64,000 nt of DNA. It comes from Candidatus Saccharimonadales bacterium. Lineage in GTDB: Bacteria; Patescibacteriota; Saccharimonadia; Saccharimonadales; DATKHC01. The notes below the pieces were generated by a model. That model saw nothing but the letters and a program-made list of their open reading frames with translations. It did not search any database and was not told the origin of the DNA. Shown here piece after piece: positions 1 through 6,770 of the stretch (position 1 is its first letter; each line of letters begins with the position of its first letter). The translations under genes and the position numbers were made by a program. The DNA is taken from positions 1,315-65,314 of the forward strand of contig DATKHC010000008.1 of NCBI GenBank assembly GCA_035510465.1. The letters run 5' to 3'.

Positions 1-283
1 TGGCTATGTAACCACAGTTTGAATCAATAGCTTCCTCGACATCAGCTGGTATGTCTCCGAGCTGGACGCCTCCGTCTTCTATGCTATGCTCAGGCACTCC
101 AGAATAACCAGAACAGCGCTGGTTAATGTTTGTAATAATTCCATCTGGACCACCGGTGGACTCATCTGCAAAGGCTAAGCCATTTATTAAAAACCAGGCA
201 TATTTACAAGGTCGGCACCTTTCAGGTAACTGAGCCAAATATCTATCTATAGGACCTCTTTTGGGTGTCTCAAAATCACTCAT
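1..283 (-). CDS. hypothetical protein, N-terminal part only (ORF runs off the left window edge)
   Basis: Reverse-strand ATG at 283-281 opens a frame (MSDFETPKRGPIDRYLAQLPERCRPCKYAWF...) that I translated without stops down to position 1. It is absent from the track, probably because it is truncated. No motif recognised. Confidence 0.35.
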   Translation of the reverse strand, partial: MSDFETPKRGPIDRYLAQLPERCRPCKYAWFLINGLAFADESTGGPDGIITNINQRCSGYSGVPEHSIEDGGVQLGDIPADVEEAIDSNCGYIA

Positions 284-319
284 TTACCATACTATACAAT
301 ATAAAATGAATGACTACAA

Positions 320-342
320 GGTTCTGAAATCGGTCTGGAGAC
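320..342. repeat. 23-nt dispersed repeat, copy 1 (GGTTCTGAAATCGGTCTGGAGAC)
   Basis: Matches 54822-54844 at 22/23 positions. Followed by a related tail (gtacgaattttcgaa vs gtacagattttgcgg) after a 12-13 nt insertion containing ttcccagccaa. Confidence 0.7.
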
Positions 343-381
343 GATTCCCAGCCAAGTACGAATTTTCGAACCCGAGATATT

Positions 382-390
382 TGTTATGCT
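382..390 (+). promoter_or_regulatory. extended -10 element (TGtTATGCT) placed 6 nt before the ATG at 397; possible leaderless promoter
   Basis: TGnTATGCT at 382-390, then gtatct, then ATG. There is no Shine-Dalgarno sequence in the gap. Confidence 0.4.
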
Positions 391-396
391 GTATCT

Positions 397-891
397 ATGA
401 AGATAATCATCGTTAATAAAGACGATAAGCAAATTGGGTTAAAAGAGTTTGGGACCCTCAAATATGAAGATATATACCGTGTTTCGGCTCTGTGGCTAAC
501 CGATATTAGCTCCGGTGATGCCCTTATAGCTCAAAGGAAGTGGTCAAAATATAACGATCCTGGTAAACGGTCCGCTAGCGTTTCAGGTACCGTTGATAAA
601 GGTGAATCTTATGAACAAAACATCGTAAAAGAAATAGAAGAAGAAATTGGATTAACTAATCTAAGCCTAAAGCTGGGACCTAAAGAATTTATTGACGATA
701 GTCTTCATAAGTTTTTCGTCCAATGGTTTCTAGCCAAAGTAGATAAAGACAAAACCAAGATTACTATACAAAAAGAAGAGGTAGAGGGCGTAGAGTGGAT
801 CCCAATTGAGACATTGATTGACGACCTTAAGTCAAATCCTGATAAATATACGCCTAATTTCTATGAAAGTCTTAAATCTTTGGGATATTAA
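397..891 (+). CDS. NUDIX hydrolase
   Basis: Nudix box GX5EX7REUXEEXGU is readable as GTVDKGESYEQNIVKEIEEEIGL. The 164-aa size is typical. Confidence 0.85.
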   Translation: MKIIIVNKDDKQIGLKEFGTLKYEDIYRVSALWLTDISSGDALIAQRKWSKYNDPGKRSASVSGTVDKGESYEQNIVKEIEEEIGLTNLSLKLGPKEFIDDSLHKFFVQWFLAKVDKDKTKITIQKEEVEGVEWIPIETLIDDLKSNPDKYTPNFYESLKSLGY

Positions 892-899
892 GCTAAATC

Positions 900-947
900 G
901 TACGGAATTCAATTCCCAGCCAAAAACCTAGTGCTTGCAAAATGTGA
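900..947. repeat. ~50-bp direct repeat, copy B (GTACGGAATTCAA..TTCCCAGCCA..CTTGCAA)
   Basis: Aligns with 1421-1473: the first 13 nt are identical, then a 6-nt indel, then ttcccagccaaaaa vs tttccagccagaaa, then the shared cttgcaa. The two copies bracket ORF 970-1395. Confidence 0.65.
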
Positions 948-969
948 TCGCGTGAAACATTATTATGTT

Positions 970-1395
970 ATGTCAACAAGTTCACTCGAAGTCTTGCAAG
1001 ACGAATCATGGCATTGGGTGCCAGAAGCACCAGAAAATCTAAGGCCAAATGAATCGAATTTAATTGTGGTTGAAGTATGCCCCACTGAACCTGGATATCG
1101 TCCAAAGGAGCAAAGAGATCGGCTAGAGCTTGAGTTTTATCCCGAGGCGCCAATCCAATACCTCGAGGGCGACATAAATGCGACCTTCGGTCATCTTCAT
1201 CACTTAGGTGAAAGGGCATTAGCTACTGTAACAGATTGGCCATCGCCTGAATTTTTCGGAAACCTTGATGAGAGCGCTTTGTTTATCCGATTATGGACTC
1301 AGAGAGAGTTAGTGGTCGGACACTTTCATTATCCATTTGGTGTAGTTTTCACGGAAGGGGTGTTTAGACAGATGTCCCTAAGTAGACAAAAGTAA
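970..1395 (+). CDS. hypothetical protein (the track starts it at GTG 931; ATG 970 preferred)
   Basis: Open frame 931-1395. TTGCAA(935-940)-17 nt-CATTAT(958-963)-6 nt-ATG 970 suggests a leaderless start. No domain recognised. Confidence 0.45.
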   Translation: MSTSSLEVLQDESWHWVPEAPENLRPNESNLIVVEVCPTEPGYRPKEQRDRLELEFYPEAPIQYLEGDINATFGHLHHLGERALATVTDWPSPEFFGNLDESALFIRLWTQRELVVGHFHYPFGVVFTEGVFRQMSLSRQK

Positions 1396-1420
1396 AATAG
1401 TTTATCCTTAATATTAAACT

Positions 1421-1473
1421 GTACGGAATTCAACCTCAATTTCCAGCCAGAAATGTTTACTTGCAATGATGGG
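1421..1473. repeat. ~50-bp direct repeat, copy C
   Basis: See 900-947. It lies directly after the stop of ORF 970-1395. Confidence 0.65.
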
Positions 1474-1537
1474 ATAGTCGCCTCGCCATTGATTAAATGA
1501 TTGAGGCAGAAAGCTTATCCGCTAATTTGGATCAAAA

Positions 1538-1756
1538 TTAAACTTTCAGATATAGCAGCAGGTGATAAACCAGAAACGCTGGCCAAACCAGGGCCTTTAA
1601 GAAGGCTAATATAACAAGCCAAAATGTGCCTGAGTGGATATGTAGGTAATAGACTAATGCGCCTACAAAGCCTAGGAACCAAACACCGCTACCACCACCT
1701 TTTTGTATGATTTTTTTATTTTTGAAAACAAACTTGGTTGAATCTTCCTTCACCAT
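1538..1756 (-). CDS. small membrane protein, hypothetical
   Basis: 72 aa with two hydrophobic spans (VWFLGFVGALVYYL, FWLVILAFLKALVWPAFLVY). A good SD (aggag, 6 nt spacer) precedes the ATG on the reverse strand. Confidence 0.65.
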   Translation of the reverse strand: MVKEDSTKFVFKNKKIIQKGGGSGVWFLGFVGALVYYLHIHSGTFWLVILAFLKALVWPAFLVYHLLLYLKV

Positions 1757-1836
1757 AATTTTCTCCTATGGGCTTTATTTAAGCACAACAGTCATGACAT
1801 TTCTACTAGCGTCAAATTATCTGGTAGAAGAACCTC

Positions 1837-2982
1837 TTAACGCTGGTAAACCTGCACCTGCATGACATTCATATTCATATCACCATTGTTCGACGGGATT
1901 GAGCAGTAGCTATGGCAAATCGAGCCATTCATAATCAAAAACCATGGGGCTGGATTGTTGAGAGGGACAGAACCAGCTAATTGGTTGTCTAAATAAACCG
2001 AAACTGTGTTTGTTTTTTCGTTCATGTCTATTCCGTAAACGTGATAACCGGCAGAAAGATCTGAAGAAGTGTTATAGTTGGCTATTTGCACATCATTGCC
2101 ACTTGGCCAATTATGCGAGAACAACGTTTTCGGAGCACTACTGGCTAGACCAGTTTCCTGCAGGTCGATTTCATTGGTTGATGGGTTTGTAGCACCCAAG
2201 AACCATAGCGCGTTCCACACACCATTATTGGTCCCCTGATAACCCATCTGCTGCATTTTGATCTGAACGTAAGCTTCTGTGTAACCTTTTGATGGGTCTG
2301 GGAAATCTACCTTGTTGAAAGTGTTGATCATACCGGATGTCCAGTCGTAAGTTTGCGTACCTTCGTTAGTAGTATTGTAGTTGGTTGCGCCAGTGTGGTG
2401 AGCTGTAAAGGTTACTCCCCAACCGTTTGAATCAAAGGTTTGCGGCTTATAGGTTGATAGCAGAGATTGATTAACCCCAGTAGAAGTCTGAGAGACATTG
2501 CCAGGGAGGTCATAATCTCCTGAAGAAGTGCAAGGGCATTCGTCACTACCCCAGTAAGGAGCGGTGCCAGTTGCGCCTTCTGGAGTATAGCTACCTGGTT
2601 GGGTGAAGCCAAGGTCAGTCAGTCCATAATTCCAATTACTAAGATTTTGAAAATGGTCTTCGAATGTTTCACTGCTAGCGGCCCAAGTTGAACCTGAGTA
2701 CGATGGTAACCCCATTGACGAATAACCAGGTGGGGTATTCCCTCCGAATACTACGTCTTGTCCACCAGAGGCGGTTGAGTCGTTTTGAACTTCAGCAGGC
2801 TGGGTTACGACTCCCGATTCGGCTTCACTTGCTACCCACGGTGAACTAGCGTGGGTTCCGGATAGTAGATGATAGCCAACGCCAGCAAAAATAATGATAA
2901 AGGCTATGACTAATATAGCTCTGGGATTTCTAATGTTTTTAAATACTCTAAACTTTTTTATATGATTATTTTTTAATGACAT
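1837..2982 (-). CDS. secreted/membrane-anchored GH16-like (concanavalin-A-like) glycoside hydrolase
   Basis: N-terminal signal anchor (AILVIAFIIIFAGVGYHLL). NEIDLQE fits the GH16 catalytic E-x-D-x-x-E pattern, and the composition is W/N/G/T-rich as in beta-jelly-roll folds. Confidence 0.55.
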   Translation of the reverse strand: MSLKNNHIKKFRVFKNIRNPRAILVIAFIIIFAGVGYHLLSGTHASSPWVASEAESGVVTQPAEVQNDSTASGGQDVVFGGNTPPGYSSMGLPSYSGSTWAASSETFEDHFQNLSNWNYGLTDLGFTQPGSYTPEGATGTAPYWGSDECPCTSSGDYDLPGNVSQTSTGVNQSLLSTYKPQTFDSNGWGVTFTAHHTGATNYNTTNEGTQTYDWTSGMINTFNKVDFPDPSKGYTEAYVQIKMQQMGYQGTNNGVWNALWFLGATNPSTNEIDLQETGLASSAPKTLFSHNWPSGNDVQIANYNTSSDLSAGYHVYGIDMNEKTNTVSVYLDNQLAGSVPLNNPAPWFLIMNGSICHSYCSIPSNNGDMNMNVMQVQVYQR

Positions 2983-3082
2983 ATAAACTATGTACTTTAT
3001 TTCTTAAGCTATAGCACAAGTGTAATAAATTTTCCTAACAAAGCAAGTTCTAAATAAACCTGAAGGGAAATCAAACCGCTTA

Positions 3083-3157
3083 TGGCTGGGTTGCTAGGAT
3101 TCGAACCTAGGATCTCCTCGTCCAGAGCGAGGCGCCTTACCACTTGGCCACAACCCA
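3083..3157 (-). tRNA. tRNA-Gln (anticodon CUG)
   Basis: A 75-nt cloverleaf was folded by hand. Acceptor UGGGUUG/CAACCCA (U1:A72), anticodon stem CCUCG/CGAGG with loop CU-CUG-GA, T arm CUAGG-UUCGAAU-CCUAG, discriminator G and an encoded CCA. Confidence 0.9.
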
Positions 3158-3232
3158 TCATCGCTGTAATTATACAAGATTTGACCTCCGAGGTTAGACA
3201 ACCAAGCTTATTTAACAGATAATAAAAAGGTT

Positions 3233-4306
3233 ATGGAAGTTGTAATTATTGTATTAGGAGTTATTATCGCTGCTCTTCTGTTATTGATGTTGAATCGGCG
3301 AGACAGTGGTTCATCAAGCACTGTGCTCATTAAAGAAGATCTGAAAGAGCTTAACTCAAGCGTTAACCAGCTAAAGGAGGGTCTGCAAAACCAAATTACT
3401 GATCGTTTGGATAAGAACCAAACAATGATGCGTGACTCAATGGTTAAGCAATTTAGTGCTAGTTCTAAGCTTATTACGGAGGTAACTGAAAAACTTACTA
3501 AATTGGATGAAACCAATAAACGGGTTGTTGATGTAGCGGCCGAGCTAAAGACTCTACAAAACGTACTTCAAAATCCTAAGCAAAGGGGGGTGCTGGGTGA
3601 GTATTATTTAGAGAGTGTGATGAAAAATACGCTGCCTCCTGATAGATATCAGATGCAGTATAAATTTAAGGGTGGAGACTTAGTTGACGCAGTAATAATT
3701 TTAGACAAAGGTAAGCTATTACCAATTGACTCAAAATATTCTTTAGAAAACTATAATCGGCTGGTTGAAGAAGAGGATCCCGTCGAAAAGGAAAAGCTGA
3801 CTAGGTTATTCAAGTCCGATCTAAAGAACCGGATTGACGAAACTGCCAAGTACATTAGACCCAGGGAGGGTACCATGGACTTTGCTTTTATGTTTATACC
3901 AAGTGAGGCTATTTACTACGAGCTCTTAATCACTAAAGTTGGCAGAACCGGGACCAACGCTCGAGATCTAATAGAGTATGCCTTTAGAGATAAAAAGGTA
4001 ATCATAGTTAGCCCAACTAGTTTTATGGCTTACTTGCAAACCGTAATGCAGGGGCTGAGGTCACTTCAAATAGAGGAACAGGCTAAGGAAATCTCAATTC
4101 GAGTTGGTGAACTCGCGAAACATTTATCTGGACATGAACAGCTAATGCAGCGAATGGGGTCATCACTTGGAGCCACGGTCGGCCATTACAACCGCGCTCA
4201 CCAAGAGTTAAAAAAAGTAGACAAAGACGTCATTAAGATAACCGGGGAATCAGTTAAGGTCGAGCCACTGCTGCTTGATCGTCCAGAAGACGAAGAAGCC
4301 AGCTAA
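3233..4306 (+). CDS. rmuC: DNA recombination protein RmuC
   Basis: N-terminal TM segment followed by a coiled coil. The C-terminal region (LQNPKQRGVLGEYYLE..., FAFMFIPSEAIY) is typical of the RmuC family. Confidence 0.8.
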   Translation: MEVVIIVLGVIIAALLLLMLNRRDSGSSSTVLIKEDLKELNSSVNQLKEGLQNQITDRLDKNQTMMRDSMVKQFSASSKLITEVTEKLTKLDETNKRVVDVAAELKTLQNVLQNPKQRGVLGEYYLESVMKNTLPPDRYQMQYKFKGGDLVDAVIILDKGKLLPIDSKYSLENYNRLVEEEDPVEKEKLTRLFKSDLKNRIDETAKYIRPREGTMDFAFMFIPSEAIYYELLITKVGRTGTNARDLIEYAFRDKKVIIVSPTSFMAYLQTVMQGLRSLQIEEQAKEISIRVGELAKHLSGHEQLMQRMGSSLGATVGHYNRAHQELKKVDKDVIKITGESVKVEPLLLDRPEDEEAS

Positions 4307-4307
4307 G

Positions 4308-5630
4308 TCATTTCTTAGATAACAAGTCGACCGTAACGGCGGCAGTCCAGGAAAAATTATCTATTCCGGCTGGGTCACCGGTCGTTGGATCATAATATTC
4401 GTAGAAGCCAGAACGATTCACAAGCTCAACTGAAACCTCGGACAAAGCGTCGGCGTGCGAGGTATAACCCATGCGGTGCAGACCATCAATAATTAACCAA
4501 TTAGTATTCATCCAGGTAGGGCCTTGCCAATAACCAGTGGCCCTAAACCAGGGCGAGTTAATTGGTGCGGAGGGAACGGGATAGGCGGGGCCAAACAATC
4601 TTTTGTTCTCGAGCATTTGAGTTATTTTATCTGCTTTGTCTTTAGATATAACACCAGCATAAAGTGGCATCATGGCTGCGATAGAGGGTTCTTTAATTAG
4701 ATCGTGGGTAACGAAATTACGCGAGTAGTACTGATTGGTGTAGGGATCCCAGAGCTGCTCCAATGCAGATTCGGTTTTCTCCATCTGTTGGATTAGCTCT
4801 TTAGGTACTTCTTCTTTGATGGTTTTAGCGATATCTAATAAATGCTCATTTGCTCGAATAAGGATTGAGTTAAAAGTCAGATCTTCTATAGCAAACAAGG
4901 AATGGGTGAGAATTTTGTCGACATTGTAGGCTTTTCGCATCAATCTTTTCTGAACCGAAAAAAGAGTTAAGGCTTCAATTGCCGATGGTCTTTGCTCAAC
5001 CGACACATGCCTTGTATCCCGCCTGAGTAGGTTAATTACCCAATCGAGTCGGAGTTTTTCGATCAACCTGATCCACCAAGGCATAAGATGGCTATGCAGT
5101 TCGCTCATCCACGGTGGGGTATTGTCTAAGCCACATTCCCATGGGTGGACGAGGAGGACTAAGCCTTCTTGGTGAGGGTCACGTTCGTTATATAACCAAC
5201 TGTGATAGGCGAGTAGTGGTTTAAAGACCGTTCGATACCAACTTCGCCGTTCGGCAATAGACAGCTTCTGCCCGATTCGGACAATGGCTTCTGCAAGCAT
5301 TGGTGGTTGCGTGATACCGCTAGTTGATAGGTGATCGGGCGAGAAAGGGCTTAACCAACTCTTCCATATATCAGCATCCTTCGAGTGATCACTGGACTTG
5401 GCAAAAATAACGTTTGGTAACATGCCATTGCTCCACTGCCCGTTTATTAAACTTAGTATTTCAGTTTTGGCTCTGTCGGTGTCGTAGTTAGCTAGTCCAA
5501 TAGCTATGAAACAGCTGTCCCAGAGCCACTGGTGTGGGTAGAGCTCCCTGGAAGGCACGGTATAAGAGCCCAAATCATTTATATCAAGAACTTCGCGTGC
5601 TGCGTTAATAAGATCAGAGTGCTTATCCAT
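4308..5630 (-). CDS. GH63/MGH1-like (alpha/alpha)6 glycoside hydrolase (glucosyl-/mannosylglycerate hydrolase-like)
   Basis: Motifs YPHQWLWDSCF, HPWECGLDNTPPW and WQGPTWMNTNW resemble this family. The substrate is not inferable. Confidence 0.6.
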   Translation of the reverse strand: MDKHSDLINAAREVLDINDLGSYTVPSRELYPHQWLWDSCFIAIGLANYDTDRAKTEILSLINGQWSNGMLPNVIFAKSSDHSKDADIWKSWLSPFSPDHLSTSGITQPPMLAEAIVRIGQKLSIAERRSWYRTVFKPLLAYHSWLYNERDPHQEGLVLLVHPWECGLDNTPPWMSELHSHLMPWWIRLIEKLRLDWVINLLRRDTRHVSVEQRPSAIEALTLFSVQKRLMRKAYNVDKILTHSLFAIEDLTFNSILIRANEHLLDIAKTIKEEVPKELIQQMEKTESALEQLWDPYTNQYYSRNFVTHDLIKEPSIAAMMPLYAGVISKDKADKITQMLENKRLFGPAYPVPSAPINSPWFRATGYWQGPTWMNTNWLIIDGLHRMGYTSHADALSEVSVELVNRSGFYEYYDPTTGDPAGIDNFSWTAAVTVDLLSKK

Positions 5631-5729
5631 TCTTACTTAAGTTTACTATAGCGGCGGTTCTTAGGCTTTTAATATTTATGCTTATTTTTAGTCCGACAGT
5701 TTGAATTATCTGATGATATACTGCTAATA

Positions 5730-6770
5730 ATGTCGAAGTATCAGGTAAGCGCCATCGAAGAAGTGGCGCAGTTACTATCTAAAAGATTTAAGAGTTCAGG
5801 TGGTAGCACCAACGTGCTAAAGGCACCAGAACTCAGGGCCTTATATGCCAAATTACCGACACTCCCAAACGACCAAAAAGCTAAGTTTGGCAAAGAGCTC
5901 AACGATCTTAAAAAAGAGCTAACTGAGCTTGTTAATTCGAATGCCGCATCAAGTGAAAAAATTAAACCTATTGATGTCACCGCTCCTTTTGACGTAAACC
6001 TTAAACCGAATACTCAGCCAAGGCTGCTAGACTCTTATCTTGGTTCCGAGCACCCGCTCATGAAAGAGTTAGACCTGATTCTAGATATTTTTAGTCGTAT
6101 GGGCTTCACCTCAGTAGAGTCACGACAAATTGATGACGACTTCCATATGTTCGGCAGCCTTAATTTCCCAGAAGGGCACCCAGCCAGGGATGATTACGAT
6201 ACGTTTACTACGAAAGAGGGTTTGGTTGCTCCGGCCCACGTCAGTATTATGCAAAACCGTAACTTAGTAAATTTCCGAAGCAATCTCGAGAGAGGTGAGC
6301 CAATAAGTGTAGTTTATGCTGGTCGATCATTCCGTAACGAGGACGTTGACGCAAGGCATGATCACACGTTCTATCAAGTTGAGATAACTTGTATAGACAA
6401 AAACATAAATGCCGGAAATTTAATAGCAACGTTTAAAACCTTTCTGGAGACATATTACGAGCAACCAGTAGAAGTTAAAATGCAGCCGTTTTATTTTCCT
6501 TTCACTGAACCGAGTTTTGAGATGTCGTTAAGCTGTCCTTTTTGCCAGAAGAAAGGCTGCAATGTCTGTAGTTACTCTGGCTGGATAGAGCTGTTGGGGA
6601 TGGGCATGATACACCCCAATGTTCTTAAAATGGGTGGCGTAGACCCAAATATGTATAGTGGTTTCGCTGGCGGTCTTGGTCTAGAACGTCTTGTGATGAT
6701 GAAATACGACATAGATGACATAAGGTACTTTGAGTCAGGTAACCTTGAGTTCTTGAGGCAGTTCAAATGA
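5730..6770 (+). CDS. pheS: phenylalanine--tRNA ligase alpha subunit
   Basis: Class II aaRS core (FPEGHPARD, GRSFRNE, GFAGGLGLERL). Overlaps pheT by ATGA. Confidence 0.95.
   Translation: MSKYQVSAIEEVAQLLSKRFKSSGGSTNVLKAPELRALYAKLPTLPNDQKAKFGKELNDLKKELTELVNSNAASSEKIKPIDVTAPFDVNLKPNTQPRLLDSYLGSEHPLMKELDLILDIFSRMGFTSVESRQIDDDFHMFGSLNFPEGHPARDDYDTFTTKEGLVAPAHVSIMQNRNLVNFRSNLERGEPISVVYAGRSFRNEDVDARHDHTFYQVEITCIDKNINAGNLIATFKTFLETYYEQPVEVKMQPFYFPFTEPSFEMSLSCPFCQKKGCNVCSYSGWIELLGMGMIHPNVLKMGGVDPNMYSGFAGGLGLERLVMMKYDIDDIRYFESGNLEFLRQFK

Noticed and set aside
3208-3516. 102-aa reverse ORF overlapping the 5' end of rmuC.
   Set aside because: It overlaps the well-supported RmuC frame and has no independent signal.
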